Source of the DNA: Styela clava
Lineage: Eukaryota
DNA: 64,000 nucleotides
Assembly (NCBI RefSeq): GCF_964204865.1
Contig: NC_135253.1
Coordinates: 16,988,001-17,052,000, forward strand
Direction of reading: 5' to 3'
The notes under the pieces were generated by a model. It made no database searches and was not told the DNA's origin. It saw only the letters and a program-made list of their open reading frames with translations. Of the stretch, positions 37,141 to 50,800 are shown in pieces. Positions within the stretch are counted from its first letter, which is position 1; each line of letters opens with the position of its first letter. Position numbers and translations under genes: made by a program.

Positions 37141-40100
37141 ATGGATGACAGTGTGGAAGTCTTCTGGGATCATGACTCCCCTACACCTGCTGCATGGAGA
37201 TTGTTACAAGGTTTGGGAATTTAACATACCGGTACTTTATTAATACCTATATATTCATAAATTGTAATTTAAGTTAGTATACAGAAGGAATTTTTACAGA
37301 GACTCTATATATAAGTGTATGAATGTTAAATACAATTCTCTTTAATAGTTTTAGGGGTACTCCCATAGTGTGTGTACCAGGTTAGGGTTATTTAGGCCAT
37401 AATTTAATCCAATTTTAGTTTTATTACAAGTTTGGGGACTGTCTGTGTTAGCCAAGTGACTATACCCCCTGCCCATAGGTTTCAATCCATTTGCAAAACT
37501 TGATGTAAGATGTAAAGTAGGCGAACAAAATTAGTTACCTCCATTTTGGTACACATACTTTTGGAGCGCTGTTTTATTAATATATCTATGTTTGAATGGT
37601 TGTTATGATATGTTTGTCTGCCTAGGTTTATTTGGCAATGGTAGCCTAGAGTGTTGTACCTAAGCCCTTTAAAAGTATCTTCTAAAAAGTTACTGCTTGC
37701 CTGGAGTCTTGTGTATAACGCCATTATATAATAAACTTCAGAGAATAATAATCGTTCATAAAATGACTACTTTTTTATGTAAAGCGAATTTCAATATATT
37801 TTATTTTTAACTTACCGGTACATGGTTTTGATATTTATATTAAAAATAGAAATTGGCAAATAAGTATTACAATATAATCTTGAGAAAACAAGGGCAATTT
37901 TAAAAGGCATAAAATTTAATATTTTCATATTTCAATTTCTATCTATGTTTTAGGTCCAAGTCACAATGATGAAGATGTTCATTGCAGCCCCCAATTACCA
38001 AGGACAAAGGTTTGTGCTTTACTTTTTGTATAACATCTTCAACTTATCCCGCCCCCACCATTAATAATAACTTCTTGTAGAGATTAACCCCAAGACCTAG
38101 AGTGTCAACAGATAACTACACAAGGTATGAAGAATCAAGAAAAGAAGTTGATCAGATCATAAATGCACTGAGGCGAGCGTCAAGAGATTGTAAGTGATTT
38201 CATGAAATTTAGTGAATCTATGATAGAAGACAATTTTGTGTTGTTGCAGCCTATCATGACATAAGTAATTTTTCCTCAATCAATCCCATAGCCAATATTA
38301 GTCATTGTGGATTTAATTTGTCATGATGAGAGGATGGAAAGCTGTCTGCAAGTCCTCTGAAACATGATGTATGTCATATTTCAGTCTGACCATACCTGTC
38401 TGATGTGTTGGAAGAGCCGAACAGTTGGTGCCATAAAAGCTGATGATGCAGTGAATCTATATGTGATACCATGGATTCTAGTATTTTTTACATGCATGAT
38501 TATTTCACACAAGATTCTTGGATAATCAGCAGTTGTTTTTGTGTCAGTGGTCTGATCCAGTGTGCTTCGTTTACAAATACATAGGTGGCATACATAATCA
38601 AGTTTGTGCATACTTGGAATATTTTATGAATTAAAATATTATTGTGCTGTTTAGATGAAACAGCAACATCAAATGTTGGAAAAAGATTAATCATTCCTGA
38701 GTTACCGGAAGAGGAAGAAAGTGAAGATGAACGACAATTTGATACTGTGCCTTTTCAAGGTAATCATATCACTTTCCTAGTGGTGGTGGAGCAGTTCCTA
38801 CAATTTATTACCAAATGTATGCTGGTTAGTACAAGGTTCTCATTGTACTTGAATATTTTCAATACTTTTTTATTCCAGTAAAAAAGCCTCTTATCAATAC
38901 ATCAATGGATCTATTATTTGATATGTCAGGAAATGGAGAAGAACTAGCTTCTACTGCCAAAAGCACCAATAAAGGTAATATTAGGCTTTGTAAATAACAA
39001 TGTTACTAAGTAATAATAATCACACTGTCAAGTATGTATTGTCTATATTAATACGGTTCACCGATCTTTGAGTGTTACATTTATGTATTGTACATTGCAG
39101 CTACACTACCTCCACGAAAATCACCCTATTCTCCCAGTGCTGATGCATGGACAGATGATGATTTATTTGCAGACGATTCATTGATGTTGGAAGTTGATAA
39201 TGCATCTATTCCTACAGTAAGTTTATTTTGCATCAATCCGTTAAATTTCAAATTATGCGTGTACCTTCATACCTTGCAAAGTAATGAGTCTGTACCTACT
39301 CTGTGTAAAGTATTTGGTTTTCTGCCAGAATCATTGATAATGATATCGGAGCTGGAGTCAGACGTGGAATTTCATACTTTTAATGGGAACACCGAAGTCA
39401 AAATTTGTGATAAGAAAAAGCTGACTGAACATAACAAACAATTAAAAAAGGGTTACAATCGCACATACAAGTTTTTGTTATCATAGTCTAAAGCTTGAGT
39501 CAAATGGAAAAGTTTTTGTTTGCCCGAGAGTCGATTATCAAATGGTTTGGTGAAAACTTTCTTCGACACCAAGGCCCTTTGACACATTGTTGCACCTAAA
39601 TTATAATTTTTTGTTAAAAATCTTTCACCATTAACTACTTCAAAAACTGATTAAATTGACATTGAACTTTAGAAATCAATGAAGATGACTCCAGGAAGGC
39701 ATTCAACTGCTCAAAAATCAAGCACTCCCGTTATTACAGCAAAATCAGGTCACAGAATGCTTCAGAATGACGTTCAAACTAGTTCCACTAGCAATGCAAA
39801 AGGATTCTTAGACTTTTTTATGGATGAAGGCAGGCCAGCGAAGCCAAGTCCACAAAAGGAAAAAAAAGTGTTATCGCAGAAAAATAACTATAAGTTTGTT
39901 CCAAAAAGTAATTCTTCTGATACACGGAAAAGTGTACTACGGAACAGTACATCCTCACAGAATGTGTCATCTAGTACAAATTCCAAACCAGTGTTATCTA
40001 ATGGAAAATTACATAACGTGCACAGTATGACTGTAGTAACTAAAGCAACTTCGACAACTAATAGTGCTTCAACAATGCATACTTCAAAATCTCTGTCATC

Positions 40101-41107
40101 AAATAATTTTAATTTAAAACAGACATCTAACAAACCGGCAATTCAGTCAGTAGGAACTGTTGCAAATGGGGCACATAATTCAAGTATTCCTCCAGAGGTG
40201 CTAGAAGAACTAATCATGGAAGACAGTTGGACAGAAGATGAAAACCAAGAAATCAGTAAAAACTCAAATTCAACAAGTGTATTAAAACACAAGCCTATAA
40301 GTGCAACAGCGCAAAACCTCCCTAATACATCTGGACATAGAAATAACTCGTATAAATTTACGAGATCGGAGAAAGTCGATTTAAATAAAAAGTCACTACC
40401 TCAAAGTAGGCCTACAACAAGTTATCATAGTGTTACTGTAAAAAATAATTCTGGAAATAGGAGAAAATCGGTTGCGTGTAAGAAGGATGTGTCAAGTGAT
40501 GGGTTCTCGTCTGAAGATGACGATATGTTGTTGGAAGCAGTTGCAATAACAGAATCTCAACAATCTTCTTCTTCGAAAGGTATTTGGGATTATGCATTTG
40601 GTTATGGTAAATATGTCGAATTGAGTTTTAACTAAGAATTTGTCATTTGATAGTCCAGTCACTGTAATGCAGGTGAAGCGTTGAGGAAAGCCTTGGAACC
40701 TGTTGAATTTGGCTAGTTCCTAAAGAGCAACGATGGCTCAAATAAATATACTGAATAAAACTATGTAATGAAATCTATAGCTACTTTTGGTTTTCGGACT
40801 TTATGGATTGGTGTCAAAGCCTCTTATCTCGTCAGGAACCTTTTTTTTTTGGTATCTCGCGTACTGAATAATTTGTGGCAATTGCTTTGATATTCACTTT
40901 TATTATTTTGCAGGCTCATCTCAAGGTATCAACTCATCCAATAAAAGTGGTTCTACATCATTGCCTGCACAAAGTACGAAACAGTCTAACAAAGCTGCCC
41001 TTACCTCCTCTCAACCGAAATGTAGTGCTTTGGAAATAGAACGAAAAAAGAAGTTAGCCAAGGAAAGGAGAATGCAGAGATTGAAACAAAATCAATTCAA
41101 AAAATAG
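37141..41107 (+). CDS. ETAA1: ETAA1-like ATR activator, 8 exons (37141-37210, 37954-38009, 38081-38189, 38655-38759, 38879-38974, 39101-39216, 39673-40579, 40914-41107), ~550 aa
   Basis: All introns are GT-AG and phase-compatible. N-terminal VFWDHDSP resembles the ETAA1 ATR-activation motif IFWDQNSP. Acidic DDDLF/EDDDMLLEA motifs. C-terminal KCSALEIERKKKLAKERR resembles the RPA32C-binding motif CSxEEIxRKRxEALxRR. Confidence 0.75.
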
Positions 41108-41965
41108 TCTTTTGTGTTTACCTACGGTACATTAGTTTGTATGATCACTGTGCAATGCCCAATATTTATTTTATGCCAATATCATTATACACATTACATT
41201 CTTGATTTGAAGTTTTCATTTCTACAGCTTCAAGACTTTTCATAAGTCTATTTCTATAAGTTTAGTCACAGGAAGGGGTGATCGAATGTGAGTGATACAA
41301 TAGTATGCAAAAAATATGGCTCGGTATTGATGGTGTCATCTTAATAAGGGAAAACTGAAATCTAATAGCCCCAAATATCTGAATTTATCAGCATTGAATA
41401 ATTTGTTCCACAGGTAAGAATATTTATTGATAATGCTGGTCAGTGCGGTCATGGTTAGTGCCAAAACGGGTTTGCAATCAGTCAGTCCGGAGACGCAGCT
41501 GTATAAAACAGTCACAAAACAAAGCCCGATTTTTTGAAGATGGCAAAATTCAACAATGAAAGAGTTGGTATTTACACACATTAAAGTGCTGCGTTTTAAG
41601 ATGAAGGTAGATAATATTTAACTCACCAGCAGACTATGGTCTGGTACATGAGGAGAGTTTTGTGTTTAGATGAAGGTAGTGCTGGTGATTCATACCTAGG
41701 TGTCCTATCACTGGTACTCCTTTTTTACCAGTGATTAATTACCTGGCAAATGTGATTGATTTATATTGTTGAAAAATACTACAAGACCCTCTTGAACAAC
41801 CCACACAACACGCAAATATAACTGCTCTGTGACGCATGATCAGAGTTTAAAAGCCCTACAAGTTTACAAGCTTCAATTGGTCTGTGCCGAGGGAAGGTAT
41901 ATGTTACCGCAAGAAGATAATAATTCGGCCAAATTTAAAAAAAACTTCATTTATTGCTATAGATC

Positions 41966-43425
41966 TCACTTTATTGCTATAGATTGCATTACTTTTGGTC
42001 GAAGTGCAGACAACGTAATTAAAATAGCTTCTTCAGTTCTTATAGTCCTGCTACCCTGGTTTGGGCAGGTGTTCAAGTAATGATGAAATAAGCAAGATGG
42101 GTCATCAACTTCATCCAAGTCTTCATCAGCTGATAAACTTTCTTCCAGACCTTTGACCCCACCAAAAACTATTAATAGATGTTTGAACGATGGCAAATAA
42201 AAATCATCTATTGATTCACCACGTTCTGAAGTCCCAATCATGATGTCATATTTATCAGCTATGGAGCACTGAGTGAAAACAGAACTGAGATTGGGTGCAA
42301 GTCTTACACTATAACCCCAATACAATCCATGTTTTAAACGTGGGGTTGTTGGGCTCACTGCTTTGCCTCTAAAATATTTTGGAGATTCTTCTTTGTTTTC
42401 CAACATTTGAACAGTCACTCTTACATTGCTTTGTAATTTTTTGTCGATTTGAACATTTTTAACAGCACCACAGTTCACGAAAGAACCTTTTCCCTCTTTG
42501 GTCGGACGATCTAAAACGACACCTTCCCTAAATGGAACATCTTCATCAATTCTCATGTGATGGGGACTGTCAAGGGGATTCAGTAATCCAGCATACTGCA
42601 GGTCTGGATGCTTGGGAAAGAAAAATTTTCTCAGATATTGAGGACACTCTAAATATTGTAGGATTCTAGCGAGTTGAACACATCCGTCACCTTTCTTTCC
42701 TACTCCTTTGAACTCTCCTTCGACGCTTTCCTTTTTGTCAGAGTCTGCTTCATTAAACACAACTACCTCATCCACCTGCAATTCGACAATTTAATGTGTA
42801 TTGTCAAGTTAACAGAAACCAAAGGGTTTGTGGGAAGCCAGAACATATGCCCAGGAAACAACGGGACATATTCTAATCAGAGTAATGTATGATATACTGT
42901 TGGAAAACATAATTCGAAATCATGTAAAGTTTGGACTTTCAAACAAAATTACCTATTTTTTTCAATTAGAGACCAAAAAGTACCAGTGCTTGAAAGAAGG
43001 TTGTTATGAACATTCATGATAAATGGTTGGGGGGTGCAGTAAGGGTAGCTAAAAGACCAACCAAGCTCATAGCTGAAAACTGATAGAGAAAAAATACATA
43101 CCTGATAAATTGCACATGCTCGAGCAATTTGTCCAGCTAGGTAGCTCCTCAATTCTGGAGATTGAGCGTTGTCTAAAATTGAACCAGGAAGAGCAATACT
43201 AATTGTGTAATCTCTTCCATTTGTTTCTGCTTCGTCATCTTCCTCTGAAATCACAATCATATCCTGTGTTTGTGATTTCTTTTTCACAATCTGTTTTTCT
43301 AATTTTTTCAATTTCCTTTCTGCTTTAAACTTTTTCCTCTGAACTTTTTGCTTCAAAAACTCGTCCTTCTTATGACGTTTGAGTGGCTTTTGATTTACTT
43401 GGTCAGCAAATTCAGACAATGACAT
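41966..43425 (-). CDS. SPOUT1: SPOUT-domain methyltransferase (C9orf114/CENP-32), 2 exons (43425-43102, 42775-41966), 377 aa
   Basis: YTISIALPGSILDNAQSPELRSYLAGQIARACAIYQ|VDEVVVF, LECPQYLRK, LNPLDSPHH, YWGYSVR, IGTSERG, NTCPNQGSRTIRTEEA. Confidence 0.95.
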
Positions 43426-43636
43426 TCTGGTTATATCAGGTATAATAACTGTATATTGTATTATGTAATGTATTATATGTCCTGTAAAAATTCAATCACA
43501 GAATATTTTTAGGTGTAATAAATAATAAATTAAATAACAGCAATAAAGTATTCCACTTTGCAGCGAATTTGTACATATATTAGAATTGCACAGTGCACAA
43601 AACACAAACAAAAACTCTGTATTAGTTGCTTTATAG

Positions 43637-46133
43637 TTAGGTGTCTCCTACATCATCTATTGAATACCCATCATATGTTTTGCCCTTTGTATAATACAAC
43701 ATAACATTGTCATCATTATTAGAGGATTGTACATCTGGTTGAGGTGTATGATGATCAGAATCTGCACCCTCTTTATCGTCCACAGTTTCATCTGCTTTAG
43801 CTTTTTTATCATTGTCCTCAGTCTCAGTTTTATCAATATCATCATCAGTTTTATTTGGACTTCTTGATTTGAACATATTAGGAATGACTGAAAACTTAAC
43901 AGCAGACCATAATGCGATGCCTGCTTGCTCCTGTATATCTTTGCTAGTAATGACATCGGTTGTAACTTGCTGGCCTAGTATTTTTCCCTGATCTTTTACA
44001 GTGTCAGACGCAAGAACATCTTTGAAAAAATCAGCCATCAGTAGTTTCACCTGAAATGTAGATATTGGTCAGTTTGGACTGTAATGTATTGACAATATTC
44101 AATGTGTGTCAGAAGATTCAAAGCAAAGTAAGGAACACCAAAAGTGAAAACAAAGATTTGACAGCGTAGCAAATGGCAACATATTGAATTATCTAATAGT
44201 GTGAGAGATGCCAGTTGGCACACAACACCTTTCACATTCCCACTGCACGAAAACAGTCGTCAAGGGTCATCAAAAAACCAAATATTTGAAGCAATCGAAA
44301 CACATGTTGAAAAAATGATATCAGTGAATACAATCATATTATGTATTCTGAACAAATAATTAACCTATCAATATTATAATATATCTAGTCAAAAGAAAAT
44401 GAAGGCTAACCTCTTTAGTGTCAATCAGATCTTGCAACAACTTCTGAAGTGATGTTCTTACACTTTCATGTTGTAAAATACTGTTAACTTGTGAAATTAC
44501 AATTTGTTTTGTTGTATCACTTTGAAGAATATCCAGTATAATCTCCTGCAAAGAAAGACTGTGTAGATACAATTCCGAAAGAAGCCGTTATAAAGAGACA
44601 ATTTGTGAGAAATGAACTGATAAAGATAAATTGTATTGTAATGCCTTAAACATTGTTACAGCCCTGTTGCCAATGATGCTACATACAGGTGTATTTAGAA
44701 TTAAGAAATTAATAATGATAAACACATACGGAAAGCCTTATTCGTAGTAGGTGTAAAACTTTCGGATCATTCAACAAGCCCAAAATGGTCCCAATCGCAG
44801 CTTCTTTGATCGGATCACTTACAATTACATCTGCATAAAATATATATTCATAAGAATAACAATTAGCATTAATTATAAAACCTTAGTGCAAAAAAACCTA
44901 ATTCCCACACAGTTCCTTCTTGACTGTGGAGTCTGATTAAGCATGTTTTTACTGGTATCAGCGTAAGTCACTACTCGAAGTTAAAATTCTATGATGTTGG
45001 ACTTTTAAAGGTGATAATCAGAAACTTAATACAAATGAATTAAACTGAATAAACATTCTCAACAACCTATTGAAGAGGTTTGCACTTTTGCCAAAGTTAT
45101 CAAAATTTGGTTAACTCGAGAGTTTGAAGATGGAACCTAAGTTAAATTTTTTTTTATAGTTTATCTGTGCAAAATTTTTTGTAGGAATCTATGACAACCC
45201 TCTCTCCACGAACTGTAATTCAAGCAGCAAAGTTATTGTCATCAATTTAATGAATACACAGAAACTGTCACCTTTGACAAAATCGGAGGCTACAACTTTG
45301 GTTTCCTTATCATTCAGTATTCCACTGAGAACATCTTTTGAAAGTTGACCAGCCTTTGTAACAATTTTTCCATCTTCTAATGACTGACTAGCTACGGTGG
45401 AAACTTCTTCAACAACTTGCTGTCGTAATTTGTGAGGAAAGAAGTAGAGATATCCACCACCAAACACTGCGAAAAAAAACCGAAAAAGAGATTCTGATAT
45501 TGTAATTTAAAGTACAAAAATCATGAAAAATTTTTCGAGTTCAAATATAGACGGCTAGGTTAAACGTTAGAAACATACTACTTGGGTGAGCGTGCACATA
45601 CTACCTCTTTCAACTACACTTTTCACTATAAAATCTATATGTTTTAAACCTTACTTAAGGCAGTAAGGTTTTGTTTGCTCTCCTGATTCTATAATCAGTT
45701 TTTGTTTTTTTATCAATTATTTCCTCGTCTATTATGCTGATTATGGAGGGCAAATAAACTTATATTCATACTATACATCAATCAGTTCAAGTGATTTGAA
45801 TAATTTATTCACACTTAAGCATAACGAAGGCACCTTTCGAGCCTGAAGTAGCAAACCTGCAGCCGCTGTTAACGTCCAAACCGTCCAGTAAAATCTTCTA
45901 GATCTCTTAAATCCAGCTTGCTCTAATCTTCTGAACAAAGCGCGTTCGAAATCTGCCACCTTTCCATGTTGTTCAGCGGGTGTTACTATTGGTTTTTGAG
46001 AGTGCTCCTTGAGCGATTCTGCCCTCACAAAATTGCAGAGACTAAAGCAACGACTTTGGGTCAACAAGCGAGCTTTGATGAGATCGTAATATCCCCATGT
46101 TAGTCTTCTAAAAAGTCTCGCATTATTATACAT
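43637..46133 (-). CDS. Uncharacterised protein with mitochondrial-type presequence, one TM helix, helical repeats and acidic tail; 5 exons (46133-45857, 45466-45272, 44830-44730, 44545-44411, 44050-43637), ~373 aa
   Basis: Phase-compatible GT-AG introns. Arg/Leu-rich N-terminus MYNNARLFRRLTW; TM segment FYWTVWTLTAAAVFGGGYLYFF; amphipathic (I/L)LxD repeats. Confidence 0.8.
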
Positions 46134-47841
46134 CGTCGCGCAACAACTTATTCAAAAACAAGATGAAATTTTCTCATTTTTTTCCTCTTCTGGTATACGC
46201 GCGAACTAAACCCTGACAGATTTTGGACTTTCATCAAAGCGCTTGGACAGCACGTGGGTAACGCAGGGTCAAAATGAACTAAATATTCAGAGACAGTAAT
46301 CCACTGGTTCTTAGCCTCTGTGAGAACGTCGAACCCCTGCGCTTTTCTCAAGACTACATCGTATTGAACGGTTGAAACGGGGTGAGCAATGAGAATTTAT
46401 AAATAAGGAGCTTATATTGCGCAAGGTGTTGAAAAGGACCATTGTTGGTGTACCAATGCCTGCGTGGAAAAAATAGCCATCGGTTTGTCACAATGGTGTC
46501 ATCGACGGTAGGATTAGGTTGCTTTTTGTTTTTAGGTTATGTGTGAAAAACAGATAATATAAATATTGCAACCTTGGAAACCCGAAAGATGATATGTCGA
46601 CTCTAAAACGTTTGAAAGTTTATAAATAAATAAATGCAATAGGCTTTCAGAAACAACAACAAACTTTGACTACTAAAAATTTCAATTGGTGCAGTTGTTT
46701 AACAAGAAGAAAAAAACCATTCATAGGTCCACGGGTGTCGGTCACGCAAATATTTAGCCTGAAAACCCTAATCTTAATAACCTAAGAGAGTTCGTCACCT
46801 CTATAATAGGTTCTTCCAATCAGTATTCCGCCCCTGTTAAAGCTTGGTGATATCAAATAAAGACAGAAACAAACATATCATGGAAAGAGACACTTTCGAT
46901 TTTTTGCAAGCCGTTCAGCGCCTAATACCCGTCACCTGAACTGCTATTCATTTTAAGAATCCGCATACGCCGTTTGCATGGCAGTTGTTTACAGCTAGAT
47001 AGCTCGAATTTGAATCCCTTCGTGTTACTCAATTGTTTTTTTTTTTTCGTTTTCTTTAACCATGTTTTCGTGGAAAATCGTAATAAGCTTGAACCTGAGA
47101 AGAATTGATATTCAATCATCTAAAAATAACAGAAACGATATCTAAATTGCAAAACAGAAATACAATTTTATTGTCATCAGAAGCAAAGAGGTATGTAAGG
47201 GTGGATTCACTGTTGCAAATGTTTATTAGTCTTGAAAATAAAAGATAGTAAATAAAGCATACAATCGAATTCTAAAACAATTAAACCCAAATGCAATAAA
47301 AAATATAGAAGTTGTGAGGAACAGTGAAAGCTATAACGTTTGTTGTGAAATATTACAATTGGAATGAAAAAATATTAAACAGTTCATCAAAGCATATATT
47401 TCATTCAGCAACAAACAGAACGTATTTAATTGGAAAAATATTTAACATGGCTGAAGACTACAGATTTGATTATACCTCTCAGCCCTCATTACATTACATC
47501 AGTATATCACAAAGTTATCTTTTCCAATGTACCAAAATATCACAGTGCCTGAAAATTCCACCACCTGTTTAACAGAATGGCTGACACGCATTTTCCTATC
47601 AAAAATCAAATACATTTCTCCATACAGTACAAGCGGGGGAGGCCCAAGTCATTGAATCAACTCGGATTGGACTGAGTTACCATTTATCAAACACTCAAAA
47701 GTGGCTGGAGTCATCTAAGGAAATGATTCAAACTCGTCATCAACTCGCCGCAAGTGAGACAACTCGAGACATCGATGAACAGCATATCGACTCCAGTCAA
47801 TGGTTCAGGACTTGCGCCCGACGCTGCAAGCATACAGTAAA

Positions 47842-50800
47842 TTAATCATCGCAGAGTTGTACTCTTGATATTCCATTTTTCGGAAATAACACAAGTTTGA
47901 CAGCCTGACCTTGAGGAAATGAAAATGGTTTTATGGGCAAGGTCGGTGGGGGTGGGGAGTCAGGGAGGGGTGGTGAGGACGATGTAATTTGTATGGGTGA
48001 TACAGGTGCTGTAGATAAGCTCAGTGGAAGAGTTTTTTTTGGTTGACAACGAGCCCTTGAACAATTTCTTTTTCGTTTGTGTCTTCTTAATGTGTTACTT
48101 GTCTTGAAAGTTCGTCCGCAGTACGAACACTCATACGGTTCCTCTCCAGTGTGCTTATGCAGATGTTCCTATCAACAAAAAATAAAATTCTGAGGTTGAG
48201 AAATAACAGTCATGATCTTCAGTCAAGGTTCATAATACATTCAGAAAAACAGAAGTATCAAATTTCACCGACAAAAAAATGCAAAATATAACATAAAAAC
48301 AAGCAATGCTCAAATATGTCCAGAGGCTCAAAATATGTCCAGAGGTGTACCACTAGTACCAGTATAGTGAGGCCTTTCTGAAAAATTTGGTGGAGAAACA
48401 ATCTGGAAGCAGAAGAACTGTCTGGTAATTACTCAGTACTCCCCTCTAATCAAAATATGATAGCAGAATATTCGCTCTCGTGGACTCGTAAAAAAAATTC
48501 GAAAAAAAAAACAAAAAACAATAGCTATCTAGTGAAATTTTCCATCTCTGAGTAGTGAAAAATTGGAATTAATTGGTCCTTTAGTTACGGAGAAAGGGGA
48601 ATTTTTCTACCAAATTCAAGAATTTAGCGAAACGTACACAAGAAAGTGTATTCAGGTTTACCTTAAAATGTGTTGGATGTCTGAATCCTCTCCCACAATA
48701 CCTGCATTGAAACCTCGTCCTGTTGTCGTGAATCATTTTATGATAATTTAAACTATGAAGACGAGTAAATGACTTGGCACAAATATCACACTTGAATGGT
48801 TTCACACCTACAAACAAGAAATAGCAATTTACGAAACTACGAAATAGAGACAAAAGAAACCTAACAACTATAAGTCAAATTTGTGAACTAGATAGCATAT
48901 ATACCTATTTAACTGAAATGTTCAATAAATCCACAATCAGCAAACATTGAAATAACTTAAGGACTAACCAGCATGACTCCTGTAATGATAGTATAATGAA
49001 TTAGTAGCTGAAAATCGTTTTTGGCAAATTTTACAAACAAGATCTCCAACAAGTTGCTCTCCTGCGGTGGAAATTTCAGCTCTGCTATTTTCAGTGTATT
49101 TAAGGTGCTTCAGATATTCCAATGCATTTTCCTAAAACAAATAGATTATATTATTAATTCAGTACGTCTGTATTAGAAGCAATAGCGAAAACCAACAACA
49201 ACTGTTATAATGTCAAGTGGATCAGAATCGCGGCATATTGATATCATTTAAAAGCATCATATATCCGTTCAAGACACATCATTTCCAATAAATTGCATTT
49301 CATAGCGTTGAAATCGAAACGCTCATGCATAGTTTACTATCATTTCAGGATGATATCCTGATCAAATAAGATCAAGTAGTGTTTTTTATATACATACCGG
49401 TAAATAGGAAATTGCCGAAACAATAACCTTGTTGCTTTACATAATAAAAATGAGATTCAAGCTTTCAATATCATTTTATCTAATATATGCAAAGCTTTCA
49501 TTTAGCCCAGTGCTTTCAGCAATACATCATACTTCAATGTACAGCAAAAAACTAGGGCAGCAGCAGTAAAATGGATATGAAACAAATAATTCAGTTTGCT
49601 GCAACCAACATCGTGGAATTTCCCAAGGTGGGACTGAACTGTGTTAAACAAAAAAAACAGTGAGAAATTTCATGTCCTACGATTTTTTAATAAATGACAG
49701 AAATTACTAAGCAGAATTTCATTATCAGGTGATGTCGTCGAACTTAACAATTTCAAACAAACGTAGTAACTGATTTGTAAGAAGCTACGACTTAATGAAA
49801 GACCAGAATCTTTCCAATTTGGCTCTGTCAGCCAAATTTATTGCGACATGAATGAGATGATGAGCATGGAAACTCATGGGAAGTTTCGACTTGTAATGCC
49901 AATTGCCAACTTAGGTAAAGTCAAGGCTTTAGTGACTAAGCCATTGAAGTTAAAAACAATTGGAATTAATTAAACTGTTATTGTATATAAAATTATCTTA
50001 CCCTTTCCTTAATCTGTGATTCACTTAATGTGGTTTGGTTTCTAGTTGGACCTCTCATCACATTTGTACTGAAATAAAATGAACAAATGATAATACAAAA
50101 TATAAGCTAATAATAAATATTTCAGGTTTAGATAATGTACTGATAAGTTAGATCCCATAAAGAACAATATATCCAATACTGGGAAAGAAATGGAAACCCT
50201 GCACAGATATATATCTGATACATGCTATACATATAAAATACAAACACCGACTCACATGTATGGATCCATAATTGGTTGAATTCTGCCCATTTTCTGTCCT
50301 TGCTATAAAATGACAAAATAAGAAGAGATAAAATTTGTCTGACATAATAATTGAATACATCTAGTATTTTTTCATTGAACTTATGTTCGACAAATGCCAC
50401 AGCGTTAGGAAAAATAATTATCATTGTTCCCGCGGCACAAATTTGTGATTTGAAGAGAATAAACACCAATGTAAAGGGCGTTCACGGCATAAATAACACG
50501 CCGCGTTGATGAAAACGAACGGCGATTTTAGCAGAAGGCAATTGCACGTGTTATCGGCAACTTTTTCACCTTTTAGAAAATTCGAAAGGGGGGGGTCGAT
50601 AAAAATGACAAACTATCAAAACAAATTACATGATAATAGGAGTGATCATTCGTGAATCCAATGATGGCAATATCTTGATTGGTAAGTAACGGAGCAAGAA
50701 TATCTTCAGCTTCTTTCTCTATTTCAACCAACCTTTTTTCCTGGAACAAATGAAAAGTTGAAAAAAAATTCACCTCGTAATTCGTAACATAAAAAAAAAC

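Noticed and set aside
46922-47119. 65-aa ORF after an acceptor-like AG just downstream of the THAP gene poly(A) signal
   Set aside because: It depends on an A-run and has no motif; it cannot be supported as a further operon gene without transcripts.
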